Source: the human T2T-CHM13v2.0 reference genome, Homo sapiens. From it: 64,000 bases of DNA. Of the stretch, positions 13,355 to 28,429 are shown piece after piece; position 1 is the stretch's first letter, and every line of letters begins with the position of its first letter. The stretch is from NCBI RefSeq assembly GCF_009914755.1, contig NC_060941.1, one strand, 5' to 3'. The position numbers were made by a program, and so were the translations under genes. The notes under the pieces are model-generated. The model searched no databases, had not been told where the DNA came from, and saw only the letters and a list, made by a program, of their open reading frames with translations.

Positions 13355-14341
13355 GCAGATCTAAAGCCCTTTATGGCTCCCTGGGGATCCAACACTTTGT
13401 GCTAGCTCATGCCAAGGAACCAGCCCTGGCCAGAAGGTACAGAGGCCTAAGATCCATCTAAACCAAACATTTCCCAGCTCTGCCACTGCCAGTCTTGCAG
13501 CCTCTGTGGGCTGCGTCGCTGCTCTCCACCTTAGTGTCCTCATGTCTAAGCTGGGATGGCAGGACAAACCCTGCTCCAGGGCTGTTTGGGGAAGCTCCTG
13601 TTCTTTTGAAAGGGCCAGAGCTCTGGGGACTCTGAGTTGGCACAAGCCCCTGCACCTGAGACTCTGAGCAGCATTCTGTAGCCCCTTGCCGAGGCCAGTG
13701 AGCAGCCACATGTCCTCTCGCACGTGTCCAGAAAGTTGAGCTTTGGGCTCAGAAAGCTCACAGGACGACAATGCCCACCAGAGATGGCCTTGAGCCCCTC
13801 CTCCATGTCCCCCCACACACAGCCTTGTCATTGCACATGGACTGGGCTGTCCCTGCCCTGGGCACACAGGCACCTCCTAGAGGGCAGGGGCTCAGCCACA
13901 CTTGTCATGTCCAGGGTGGCCAGCATGGTGCAGATGCCCAAATGCTGGCTGTGGGGCTGGAAAGAATGAAGAGGTGGCCGGGCATGGGCTGGGTTGCTCT
14001 TTGGGGAGCACAGGGTGAGAAAGAAGCAGTTTCCTCTGTAGCCTGTGTCCCCCGGGCTCCATTCTGGAGGGTCTGTGATGACAGTGGTGAATTTCTGGCT
14101 GCAGCTCTGGGGTGTCAGGGTGTGGGTCTGCCACCTTTTCCTGCATGCCCTGGGGACCTGCCCATATGGCCAGTGGCTTCCTCAAACAAGCTGCCTGTCT
14201 CCTGCATCCTCTAAATTCTGGGGTGGCCACTCCATCACCCTCGAAAAATGGGCTCACAGGCAGGGCCTCTGCCAAGTTAAGTTCCAGTGTTTCTGCTCTA
14301 AAACTCCACACCTTGAGTGCACATGTGGCAACAGCAGACAG

Positions 14342-14550
14342 CACACACAGTTGCCTGTGTATCTGTACACACACACGGTCCCCCTACACACACACAGCTG
14401 CATATATCTGCAAACACACACATGCACGGATGCCCTGATACCCCTGCACACGCACACAGCTGCATGTGTATCTGCACACACACACATGCATGGATGCCCT
14501 TATCCACCCCCCTCACAAACAGCTGCGTATACATGCATGGTCACATACAC
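14342..14550 (+). repeat. Degenerate CA-rich tandem repeat, period about 47-63 bp
   Basis: Recurring cacagctgc...tatctgcacacacacacatgca.ggatgccct units. Confidence 0.8.
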
Positions 14551-15319
14551 ACCTCTGCACGCAGAACCTTCCCCTGGAAATGTACCAATGTGGCAGCCCC
14601 ACTGGGGCAACCCCCAGTGAGCAGACCACTTCCACACATGCCCTGGAGGTCTTGGGCTTGTCCCTGCAGATCCTGGCATGGAAACCCGACCCTGCACTTG
14701 GGCCAGGCTGTGACATTTGCCACACATTCTGCCCACAGCCCTCAGGCCAGTGGCGTGAGACATGGAGAGGATGCGGCATCCTCTGGTCAGAACGCCAGCA
14801 GCTATGAATAAATAATGATGAAGGGAGAAGAAAGAGGGGCCGGGGTGCAGGACACTCCCCCACCGAGGGATTCTGAGGCCTGGGCAGCTGTCCTGGGCCG
14901 TCGACACATTCCAAGCTCAGCTGCTCTGTGGCAGTGCGCCCCCCCTACAGCACAGCACTAAAGCAAACAACACTTTCAATAATTCAGCAGCAGGAGAGGG
15001 GATTTAGGAAGGGAAAATCCACCTCAGCATTGACAGAGGGGCCAAGAGGAACAAGGCAAAGGTGTGTATATTGGGAGGCAAAGGTGTGTATATTAGGAGG
15101 GAGGGAGAGACAGCAGAAGGGAAGATGGCAAGCACGATGGAAGGCAGGCTTGAATGCCGCCTCCTGCACACCTCGCCAGTTCTCTGCGTGTGTCCTGATT
15201 GAGAGTCTCTGGGCAGATTCTTCTTTCCCAAACAGTAACATATGGTGGTCACTGAGGCATTAACTGCCACCAAGAGCCTCCGGAGTCACCTGGCCTCTCC
15301 CCTTCCAGGACATAGGAAA

Positions 15320-16210
15320 TTCCTCTGCAGCCTCCCCACCGCAGATGCCTCCAAGGACCAAGGACAGGGAATCCAGGCAGCCCACCCGATGGCTGCCAGC
15401 TGTCATGGTCAGGAAGTTCTTCTTTCAGACAGCCTGAAATCCATCTCCCCCAGACTCTCCTCATTGATCTTAGTTCCGCCATCTGAGGCCACAGGCATTG
15501 TGTGGACTTTCCCTTCCACAGGCCAGCCCTTGAGCTTTCCAAGACAGATCAACCAGCTCTTTCCTCCTCTGGGCACACAGCGCTGGTCCCTGGGGCCATT
15601 TCCTTTAGGGTGCATTTGGGTCTTTACCCCGTCTTGTCCACTTGGCTGCGAAACATCCCCTGGCCCATAGCTGGGAACTCCAGGGTGAAACTAACATTCC
15701 AGGTGGCCCTGCGGCCCAGGGATCCCCTGAGGTGATCCAGAGTGGACCTTACCCATGCCATCTAAACAGAGTCAGCTTGGAGGGCAGCCACTTAGCTTTG
15801 GAGTCATCGTCCCTCCAGCTTCCTGGGGACACAATTGGTTTACACTGTAATTATTAACAGGGCTGCAGTTTGGAGGATGTGTCATCTGGTCACTCTAATT
15901 GTACTGAATTTGTGATCAGTGACAGCCCCTGAGTCTTCTTTCTCTTGTACTCATCCAACTGGTGTTTTTGGAACTCAGAGCAAGATTTTACATTTAGTCT
16001 TGTTACATTTAGTGAATTTCACCCCTGGTGCTAGCCAGCTAACCAGGAAAACTATTAGTTATTCCTCTCATCTTTAGAAGAATAAGAATTTGATCATCAT
16101 GCCTACTAAATGTTTACATAAACTGCTGGTGAAAGGCATGACTAGCATAGGGTTGAGAGCCCAGCCTTGTGGCGCACCATTAGAGACACCCCAGGAGTCA
16201 GTGCCCTTTG
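15320..16210 (-). mobile_element. L3/CR1 LINE fossil (RT region to 3' end)
   Basis: Translates to WGVSNGAPQGWALNPMLVMPFTSSLCKHLVGMMIKF, matching CR1 W..V.SGVPQGSVLGP.LF.IFINDL....MLIKF(ADD). Downstream aagactaaatgtaaaatcttgc and aagaagaacttcctgac resemble the L3 3' region. Confidence 0.75.
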
Positions 16211-16274
16211 ACCATTCACACACGTCACCTATGCAAAACATGCCCCTGCCTTTCCACCATCCAGTCTTCAGTGA

Positions 16275-16760
<486 letters not shown>

Positions 16761-17009
16761 TGACTCTGGAACTCCTCACAGCCAAGGGGAGCGTGTGTCC
16801 ATGCCTCGAGGACCCACAGACCCCAGCTGGGTAGGGGGCTGCTGGGCAGAGCCGGAGGGGGTACTGGGTCCCTTCTGCCTCAGCAGCAAGTCCACAAATG
16901 TGTGTGAGGTGCCAACTGCAGGCTGGGCCCATTCCACACCAGGGACCCAGCTTTGAACCAAACAGGTTAACCTTCCTGCACTCCTGGGCTTTACCCCGTA
17001 CTGGGGAGG

Positions 17010-17480
17010 AGAGTCAACAAACATAATTTAGAAAATTGTCTTGCATGTCAAAGGGCGACAGTGGTGGGGGAAGCAGGATGGGGGTGTGGGAGGGCAGAGG
17101 AGGGGGCTGCAGTGTTCAGCCAGGTGGTCAGAGTAAGTGTAATTGATGAGGTGATGTTCAGGCCCATCTGGATAGGCCCAAAGAGGGGGCTCTGAGGCTT
17201 TCTGGGGAGAATATTCCAGCAAAAAGAATATCCCTGGCAAAGGGCATTCCACATCATGGGATATGTCTAGCTATTTGGGGAACCAGCAAGGTGGCCCATG
17301 GGCTGGAGTAATGAGAGTGGGCAGGCAGCAGTGGGAGAAGTGGTCAGATCATAGGAGGTCCTATATGGGAGGGTATTGTGAGGACTTTGGCCTTTCTCCA
17401 AGAGAAGTGGGAGTCACAGGAGGATTTGGAGCAGAGGAGGAGCGCAGCCCAACTTGGGCTTTAACCGTATTAGCGTCACC
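17010..17480 (-). mobile_element. L2 fragment
   Basis: ggtggtcag..gaggtgatgtt..aatattccagc..gaggactttggcctttc..gagcagagga similarities. Confidence 0.7.
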
Positions 17481-17739
17481 CCAACAGCACATTCCCTGGA
17501 TAGGAAGTGGGCCAGGTGTCTAAAGATGGACCTCATGACCATCTTTGCTCAGCCTGAGGATTTTGTAATGGTTGGTATTCACGGGGAGGTGGGGATGGCT
17601 TCCTGGCCTGATGAGCAGTCACCTGCCTGCTATGCTTCCCACCGTGGTCAAGAGAACGCATGGGGTCTGTGACTGCACCCAGTGTGTCCTGGGCATCACC
17701 CTGTGGAGCAGGAGGAGCCTGGGATGTGGCAAAACTCAG

Positions 17740-17915
17740 ACCTGAGCTCAAATTCCAGACCAGCCACTGTCCTGCTGGGCAGCTTTGAGCAGATTACTTA
17801 ACCTTTCTGAGCCTCTGTTCCCTTTTTGGTAGAGTGGGGATGGCAACATCTACCTTCCTGGGGTGACTATGGGGGTTTAGCAGTCACCAAGGTGGAGGGT
17901 CTGGCACACAGGTAT
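17740..17915 (+). mobile_element. MIR
   Basis: ttacttaacctttctgagcctctgtt core. Confidence 0.75.
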
Positions 17916-20068
17916 TGGATAAAAAATATCACATTAATCAAGGGACATGGGCATTTGCAGGTATGTGAGTTAGGAAAGAGGGAGCGTGAGGCTGGCAAAT
18001 TTCTACACCAGCGTGAGACTGGATAAGGACAGACTCCAGCTCTGACAAGTTGCTCGGGAGGCTCTGGGACCTGCCAGGCCTGGGGGAACCCACTAAGCAT
18101 TCTGGGCAGGGACCTCTCACTCTGGCCTGCGCGGAGCATCTGCAGAAGCAGCAGAAGGCTGCGGTGCCTCCAACCCCGCCTTGCTCCCCTTTCTCACTCC
18201 CGTGTCTCTTCCCTCCCTCCTTCCCTCTCCCTCTAACTTATCTGCAAGCGCCAGCCAGTTGGCAGGCTGGACACTCAGCAAAGGAGCCATGGAGACTTCT
18301 TGCTGGTTTTGGCCGAGACCACCAGTTTTGTGTGTTGAGTCCCCAGAGGCGAATTCCAGCAGAGGAGGGACAAAGTAAGTCCTGAGAGGTCCAGCGAAGC
18401 AGCGAGCCAGAGAACATCCACAGAGGCAGGTTGGGCCTCAGTTTCGGAGTGGTTTCCCCTTTTCCTCCTGGGCTGGTGTCCTTTGATCCCATGGACCAGA
18501 TGGAGGTGTCCCCATGGATGTCAGAAATCCAGCCCACCCCTAAGAGGGGGTGAGTATTGTTTGAGCATCAGCTCGTCCAGGGCAGGGGCTTTGTTTGGCT
18601 CCTTGTTGCATCTCAAGCATGTCATTTGTGCTCACTGCACAGGAGATGAGCAGGTCTCTGATGCCAGTGGGGGACTCTGCCATAGAGAAGGATTCAGCAC
18701 AGGGCCCCGCTCATTCCCGGCTGGCTGGGGGATGGCGGCGTGGGGAGGCTGACTGGCGGCGGTTACTCACTCTTCCATGGCTTATAACTGGAGCACATGT
18801 GATGGCCAAGAGGCAAAAAGCAAAGTGCCCAGGAAGACCCTGACCAGCCTGAGGGATGCAGGCAGGTGGCCTCAGTGTCCAGGTGAGGGTGGGAGAAATC
18901 CAGGGGCAGGGGAAGGTAGGCTCGGGGCCTCTGTGTTGGTTTTTCCTTCTGAGCTGGTAATGCCAAGGCCAGCGAGGTCCTGAATTGTAGCCATCACATT
19001 GCATGGACCTCCACTTTGCTTAGTGGGGAGCAGATAGGTACTGCAGCTTTTTAGCCACCAACAGCGATAAAACCCACCTTCTTTGTGGACCTCCCCCTAC
19101 GAATCCTCTGGAGAGACAAGGGGCCCTGCGGTCAGCGTCAATGTAAGGCCTGCAGGGTCAGAAGGACCCAGGTGTGGGCAGCCAGGCCGGCCAGGGACGC
19201 ATGTCTTCCCTGCCCTTCCTCCGTAGGACGGAGCCTGGCCTGCTCCTCCTTCTAAGCTGCTTACAGGTCTCTCTCGTCACCTGTTCTGTCTTAAGTGGGA
19301 TTGTGTCAAGACCTCACTATCTCGCCTCTCCTCCCTGGCGCTATCCGTGGGCTCTCCGCGTTCCCTCCGGCCTGTGCCTTGGCAAAGCTGTCCGCTCCGG
19401 AGCGGGCGGGGTGGCCATGAAGCCTGAGAGAGAGGTGTGTGTCCTGCTCTCTGCACCGTGACGCCTCCCGCTCCCTGAAAACCAGGGAGAAATTACTCTG
19501 CCCAAGCGGAACACGCCCGGACAAGCCTCCTCTCCAGCTGTAATTAATACTCTGGGGAAAACACAGACTTGGGGTTTTCATACTTCCACACAAACACACA
19601 CACACTCACAGATTTCTTTCCATTGTCCTCCGATCCCATCTCAAATGTTTAATGTCCTGCTTCTTTCATGGGTAGCACAAAACCACCCAACTGGATACAT
19701 CCAGAAAGCCAAGGGAGGCACCAGGGACCCTCTTCAGGTTCCGTGATGCAGAACTTGAGCGTTTGGGAGCTGATTTGCCAACAAGCAGTGCCCAGGCTGC
19801 ATCCCTGACGTGGAGCAAAGCAGCTTTGGCCTTCTCAGAGTCAGAAATAGCCGTGAGTTTGGGTTAACCCTTTGTGGTCAACATTCTGGGGCATTGCTCT
19901 TTATTTCCCCCATCACAGTAGCCTAACTGATGCGCTAGTCCAAACACGTGTGCGCATACCAAGCGCTCCTGCCACCTGACTCATTACAAAACACTCTGGT
20001 GAGGCAGGAGCCTTGCAGTTCCATGAAGCTAGGCAGCTGGCAACTCTGATATTGGAAATGTTCTCTCA

Positions 20069-20719
<651 letters not shown>

Positions 20720-20934
20720 TCAAGTGGGCCAGGAAGGGTGGAGTCCTCTGCATCTCCCACTGGTCAGAGAGCTCCTTTGGGGTGGCATGAGGAGGTGGGG
20801 ATGGGAATGGGCTCAGAAATCCAAACCCGTGAAATCCACAGTCTCCTACAGGGAGGCTTGACTTCTCCAGGGAAATTCTCAGTGTGAAAAGTAGCCTGAA
20901 CAACCAGGACTGTGGTCTTGCCTTGGCCACTTCC

Positions 20935-21040
20935 AACGTGGGCCTGGGTGAATAATCGACCCATCCTAAGCCTCAGTTTCCTCATCTGTAGAATAGGGAC
21001 ACCATTCCTGCCTTTTGAACAGGTCTGTTGTACGGATGAC
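20935..21040 (+). mobile_element. MIR fragment
   Basis: aagcctcagtttcctcatctgtagaataggg. Confidence 0.75.
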
Positions 21041-21251
21041 ATGGGACGGCAGGTTTCACTTGTGATGACCTGTGTCCAAGCTCCTAATCAGCTGGAGATG
21101 CTGTGCCCAGATAAAGGATTGGGTATGTCTGACTCAGCTGAGGCAGGTGCAGGGACCATGATTTGGAAGACCAAACAGGCTCAGCTTCTCATGGGTCCTC
21201 CTCAGCTATTCTCACTGGGGGCAAGGGGGGTGCCCCCCAGAGGCACAGTGA

Positions 21252-21684
<433 letters not shown>

Positions 21685-22019
21685 CTCCTTATTCTTTACA
21701 ATCAAAATGTTCCTGAGAAGAAACGCTGTGAAGCAGTCTTGCTAAGCCTTTCCAGAGCTAAGTTCCGGCTCCTGCAGAGCCCTCATCATTGAGGAGAGGA
21801 GGCTGTTCTCAAGGCATGGGAAGCAAAGGTGCCTGTCTCTACACTAGGACTGTGTGTCCCAGGCTCACGAGTGCTTCTGACAGCCCTGTAGCTCGTCTCC
21901 TTCCACCCTGCAGGGGACTGGGGACAAGGGCCAGGCCCAGCCTGTGTATGTGCCTGGGTTTGTTCCAGCAGCCGGGCAGTTACTGCAGAGACAGATCCGG
22001 TGTAAAGAAGAAAACAGTT

Positions 22020-24665
22020 CTGCTTCTGGTCAAGATGGAGAAATGGGGACTGATGTGCCTGCCTCCGAGAACAATAACAACAAGCTGAAGACTAGTTTTC
22101 AAGACACTGGACGAGATACAGTGAAGGGCAGTGATCCCCCAGTGCTGGTCATAGAGGAGCTGCACAGTCGTCCCAGCTGACTGTCTTGAGGAAGTTTTCA
22201 GGCCATGGTGCAGTGACCCCAGGTCAAGCCTGGTGTACTCCCTGAGTTGAGGAGACAGAGCTGAGAGGTGGGGAGCCAAGGTGGCTGGAGTTATAAGACA
22301 GAGCAATGGGGAGAAGACAGCTGGACAGAGAAAGAGCTCTACAGATACTAAGAGGGTCCCACTGAGTACTCAGCTGAGTACTGATCAGCACAAGCTTTGG
22401 AGAAAACCACCCAAGGTTGAGGCGAGAACCCCCTGGAGGGATGAAGGACACAGCACTGGGCACCCTCACAGGGCCAGAGTAGCTCAGTCCTCACTAGTCA
22501 GATTGGAACAGGAACTTTTTACTGTTCATGGGGCACTGGGTAGAGCATGCAGAGCCCTGCCTTAGTAGCAAGAACAATCACACCTAGGATAAATACAGCC
22601 CTGGGCATATCAGGGCTGTATTTATTGTAGAAGAAAACTGCCTTTGTTAACATAATCATTTATATAGAAAATCTGACGGAATTGACACAAAATCTACTAG
22701 AACTAGTAAATAGATTTAGCAAGGCTGCAGGACACAAAATCAATGTACAAAAAATCTATTTTATTTCTATACGCTAGCAACAATCAATCAGAAATTGAAA
22801 GAAAAATACCATTTTAAGAAGCATTAAAATATGAATGACATTGGCATAAATCTAAGAAAAGATGTTCAATATCCATACACAGAAAACCATAAACCATTGA
22901 TGAAATTAAAGAAATTCTAAATAAATGGAGAGAAATACCTTGTTTATGAGTCAGAAGGCCCAGTATTGTTAAGATGTCACTGATCGCTGTATTAGTCCAT
23001 TCTCATGCTGCTATGAAGAAATACCCAAGACTGAGTAATTTATAAAGGAAAGAGGTTTAGTTGACTCACAGTTCCACATGGCCGGGGAGGCCTCAAGAAA
23101 CTTACAATCAGGGCGGAAGACACCTCTTCACAGGGCGGCAGGAGACAGAATGAGCGCAAGCAGGGAAATACCAGACGCTTACAAAACCATCAGATCTCGT
23201 GAGACTCACCCATTATCACGAGAACAGCATGGAGGAAACCACCCCCATGGTCCAATTACCTCCACCTGGCCCTGCCTTTGACACATGGGGATTACAATTC
23301 GAGGTGAGATGGGCATATCAATCCCTCAAACTGACTTATAGATTCAATTCAATCCCGATCAAAATCCCAGCAGGCATTTTTTTTTCTTAGAAATTTACAC
23401 ACTAATTCTAAAATTCATATAGAAATGTAAGGGGCCTAGAAGAGCCAATATAACTTTGAAAAAGAAGGACAAAGAACAGGAAGATTACCTGGTTTCAAGA
23501 CTTACTAGGAAGCCATAACAATCACTGTAATAGCTGTGGTAGGACTGGCATCAAGACAGGCCAACAGATCCAAGAAACAGAATATCAAACCCAGACATAG
23601 ACTCACATACACATGACAACTGATTTTTGATAAGACTGCAGGGACAATTCAATGGGGGAAAGGATGATCTTTTTAATAAGTAATAATGAAATCATTGGAC
23701 ATCCATATGGAGAAAAATAAACCTCAATCTATAGCTTGCCCCATGCACAAAAGCTAATTTGAGATAAATCGTGGAACTAAATGTAAAACCTGAAACTATA
23801 GAAGATCTAGAAGAAAGCATAGGCGAAAAAAATCTCTTTACTTTTTAGCAAAGAAGACATAATAAATGCCAAATAACCATACGAATAGATTCTCAACATC
23901 ATTAGTCACTAGGGAAATATAGATTAAAACCCCAGTGAGCTACCGCTACATACCTAGTCAAATGGCTAAAGTTATGAAGACTGACAACACCAAGGGTTGC
24001 GGAGGCTGAAGAACTGCAATTCTCACCCACGACTGGTGGGAATGTAAAGTCGTGCAACCACTTTGGAAAACCGTTTGGCACTTATTTAGGGCGTTAAAAT
24101 ATACTTACCTTGAGATCCAGCCATTTCACCCAAGAGAAAACAAAGAATATGTCCATGCACAGACTTGCACACACATATTCACAGCAGCTTTATTTGTAAC
24201 AGCCCCAGACTGGAAACAGCCCAAATGTCCTTCAAGGAATGAATGAGTCAGCGCTTTGTAGCTCAATCCCAGCGTGGAATACTACTTGGCCAGAACAAGG
24301 AGAAAAGTATATCTATGTCCAACATCACAGAGGAACCTCTGAATAACTATGAGGAGTGAAAGAAGCCAAGCAAAAAATGACCACAGATGCTACGATTCTA
24401 TTTATATAAAACTCCAGAAAATATACATATTCTACAGCGACAAGAAGCAGAGTCAGTGCTTGCCTTGGAAGAGGGGATTGGGTGGGGTGTGAGGAAGAGA
24501 TTACAAAGAGGCACAATGTAATGGTTGGGGGTGATGAATACATCCATTATCTTGATTGTGGTGATGGTGTCATGGGTATACATATATATCAAAGCTTATC
24601 AAATTGCATACTCTCTGTGATGTTTATCATACCCCCAATGTACTTCAATAAAACTATTTAAAAAA
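22020..24665 (+). mobile_element. Ancient L1 (L1M 5'UTR piece 22020-22610; ORF2 and L1ME1-like 3'UTR 22640-24665), internally deleted
   Basis: caagatggag...ttttcaagacactggac 5' end; ctactagaactagtaaatagatttagcaagg ORF2; attatcttgattgtggtgatgg...caataaa 3' end. Confidence 0.85.
22988..23320 (-). mobile_element. THE1 (THE1C-like) MaLR solo LTR inserted into the L1
   Basis: tgtattagtcc...catatca termini; 5-bp TSD atcgc/atccc. Confidence 0.9.
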
Positions 24666-24738
24666 CCAACGTGCAAAAATCCAAGTTTACGGGACCAGGC
24701 AAATGACTGCATTCTTACATAGAGTGCAAATGGATTCC

Positions 24739-25038
<300 letters not shown>

Positions 25039-25754
25039 TGAATTCTTTATTCTACAAGTGACTCACCTGGGGGCTCCTTCCGATGCTTCCCTGTAAAATA
25101 GATTCAGTTTACAGCGGTGGCATCTCAGGAGGCGGCTGTGACGGCTGCTGCCCTCCTCGTGGTGAACACTTGCGGGCGCCTGTGAGGCCAACACCCGGCG
25201 GCCTTCCTGTCTACTCCCACGGAAAACTGCATCTAACCCTGACACACACAGGCAGCCACTCGGTACGGGGGACCCTGTTACACACGGCCCACTGTGGGAA
25301 GCCTGAGGCCATGTGAAGGGGACCCCCTGGGCTCTGTCTCTTTGTCCTCTTCCTGCTAGAAAGCCGGAGAGCCGGCAGCAGAGCCCGAGCTGCCTCTGCC
25401 CGCAGCCCTGAGTGGCTCCGAGGTGACCTGCTTCTAGGACGGAAGCACCCGGCTCAGGTCTAGCCCAGGTCTAGTTCTAATGTCAGGTCTAGCTCCAGGC
25501 CATCTGGTCAGTGCCCACTTCTGAGCCAAGGGCGGGCTTAGGGCAAACGCGGTACAAAAAAGAGTGCCCAACTTTTCTAGTTTTGGCTGAAGAAGACTTC
25601 ATACGCTGACGGATCTAGTTTCCGGTCCTGATTTTTGAAAAACGCAGCGCTGGCCTTGTGCACACACCACCCAAAACCCAGGACCTAGCGAAGAGAGGCC
25701 ACCTGAGGGCCGATGGCTGCATTTTCTAATTTTGTTCACACTAAATATACATTA

Positions 25755-26240
25755 CAGATGATCTCCAACTTACGAAGGTTTGACTTACGATTGACTTTGA
25801 ATTTTTCAACTTTATGTTTGTTGGGTTTATTGGGGGCATTAAGTGCTTTTTTTTTTTTTTTTTTTTTTTTTTTTGAGATGGAGTCTTGCTCTGTTGACCA
25901 GGCTGGAGTGCAGTGGTGTGATCTCAGCTCATGCAACCTCCGCCTCCCGGGTTCAAGTGATTCTCCTGCCTCGGCCTACCAGTAGCTGGGACTACAGGCA
26001 CCCGCCACCATGCCCGGCTAATTTTTGTATTTTTTAGTAGAGATAGGGTTTCGCCATGTTGGCCAGGCTGGTCTTGAACTCCTGACCTCAGGTGATCTGC
26101 CCACCTTGGCCTCCCAAAATGTTGAGATTACAAGCATGAGCCACCAAGCCCGGTCCATTAAATTTATTTTTGACTTACAATATTTTCACCTTATGATGGG
26201 TTTATCAGGACACAACCCCATTGAAGGTCCAGAAGCATCA
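25755..26240 (-). mobile_element. MER47/Tigger5-family DNA transposon interrupted by an Alu
   Basis: ta|cagatgatctccaacttacga ... gacttacaatattttcaccttatgatgggtttatcaggac..agcatca|ta; TIR-like ends with TA TSD. Confidence 0.8.
25847..26155 (-). mobile_element. AluSx
   Basis: Long poly-T plus dimer. Confidence 0.95.
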
Positions 26241-27374
26241 TACTTGTATAATAATCTCCCCAAAGTAAACTCTGCAAGTGAATCTGTGGAGGGGGTCAGC
26301 CACAGGTGGGTAATGGGGGTTGGAGGTACAGAGCAATGGACCAATGGGCTCAGGCAGTAGTAGCCAGTCCCCCAGCGAGGGTCAACACTGGGAACTGAGC
26401 TGGTATCCGAAGCCCCTTCCCCGAGGAGACCAGGCCATGGAGATGAGTTGGACCACCCTGGACCAGCAAGCTGGGGCTGCCTGAGGAATGGGTGGCCATG
26501 CGCGGAGCACCTGGGGTGGGGGACCTTGGGGTTGGGGGAGGGAAAGGATCAGGAAGGCAGTGACATTGCTTCTCAGGCCAGCCAGAATTGCCTAAAAACA
26601 ATCGTCCTCCATCCTTACCCCATTTATCCATTTCCCTTTCAGCCCCTCCGGCTCCCAGTCCTGCCTTTCCCAGCACATTTTGGGCTCATCCATGGGGGAC
26701 AAGAGAGAACACGACACAGAGGTGCTAAACGGCGCCAAGCCTTCCCTCCACAGCCCCCAAACTCTTCCTCCCTCCAGTGGCTGGGAAACCCCAGAAACTC
26801 CTGGCTTTCATTATCAGCAGCTCCCAAGATGTTCAACATGCTCATATCTGTCAAAAACTATTCAGGAAAAATAGAGAAAGTCTTTATACCTTTTATTCAG
26901 CCAATTTTCCCCGAGGCACTCTGGGCTCTCTAAGAAAAGAAAAAGAGAGAAAGGAGAGAGAATCACAATCAATGTTGTCATCATGCATCTGGTTGCTGGC
27001 GATGCTATTTGCTCATCGACTAGGGAAGTCTGGAGGTGGAAGCATCATCTCCCTGGGAGTCCAAGGAAACCTGCCTGGGTTAACCTCTGGCTGCCGTCTG
27101 CATCTCAAGCATGGCTGGGAGGCGGCGGTTAGATAACAGGCAGAGATAAAGCAAAACAGGGCACGGTGGACCGGCCACCCAGAGGTTTCAGACTCATTTT
27201 CTCTGCGACTCTGGATGTTCCTTTTTTTCCCCCACCTCAAACTCCAAGCACTCCCCAGCCTGGTTTGAGGTTGTCCACAAACGCAGGCCTTGTGGCTTGT
27301 TGATGGTGACGTTTAGTTTCACACTGGGTTTCCTCTGCCATGCCGTGGGGATTTGCTTCCTCCTCCAGGTGTAG

Positions 27375-27670
<296 letters not shown>

Positions 27671-28070
27671 TGCACATTCATTTTATGTTATTAAAGAAAA
27701 GTTATTTAACAAATTCTAAATCCCACCAAACACATAATTATAGAGGCAATCGTTGTATGTTATTGTGAATCAGGTGCACCTACCAGCAGCAGGAACAGCT
27801 CAGTGATACGGACAGACTGGCAAGGACCACCACTCACTCACTTTATAATCCAGGGCCCGGGGCCAGGGTATCCACTCCTGCCTAAGTCACAAAGCTAGCT
27901 CACTGGGGCCTGGGACTCCACACGAGTGCCTGGAGACCTTCCTTTTCTTAGTAGGTCATTGAGGAGTTCAGAAACAAAGGGGTGTGTGTATAGTGTGCTT
28001 TAAACAAACTTAGATTTCCTTCCTTTATTTTAGTAATGTTTCATAATTTTCTGTGTACATGACTTGCACA

Positions 28071-28265
28071 TTTTTTAATTGTGGTAAAATATACATAATA
28101 TACAATTTACAATTTTAACCATTTTCAAATGTACAATTCAGTGGTATTGAGTGCATTCACACTGCTGTCAATCACTGCTGCTCTCTGATGCCTGAACCTT
28201 TTCGTTGCTCCAAAAAGAATATCCATACCTGTTAAGATGCCACTCCCTGCCCCCAGCCTCCTGTG
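28071..28265 (-). mobile_element. L1MB 3' end fragment
   Basis: aattgtggtaaaatatacataa..ttttaaccatttt..gtacaattcagtgg. Confidence 0.8.
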
Positions 28266-28429
28266 CATATGTGTATGTGTGCGTATTTTTTAAAACTTAG
28301 TGCAAAAAATAAAAGCAAGTGAAAAGCTTCTGGAATTGAAAGACGGTCAGACTGGGCCTCTTTCTTCAGATCTAGAAAAATCACCACCACCGTCTTCATC
28401 CACATCACTGTAAAAAGGTTACTGCGGTC

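Noticed and set aside
13105-13461. Repeat-protein ORFs (RNQAAG)n / (LISTCS)n
   Set aside because: Artefact of the 18-bp minisatellite; no support for coding.
22362-22382. Perfect 18-bp palindrome agtactcagctgagtact
   Set aside because: Close to the L1M 5'UTR consensus as I recall it, so explained by the repeat.
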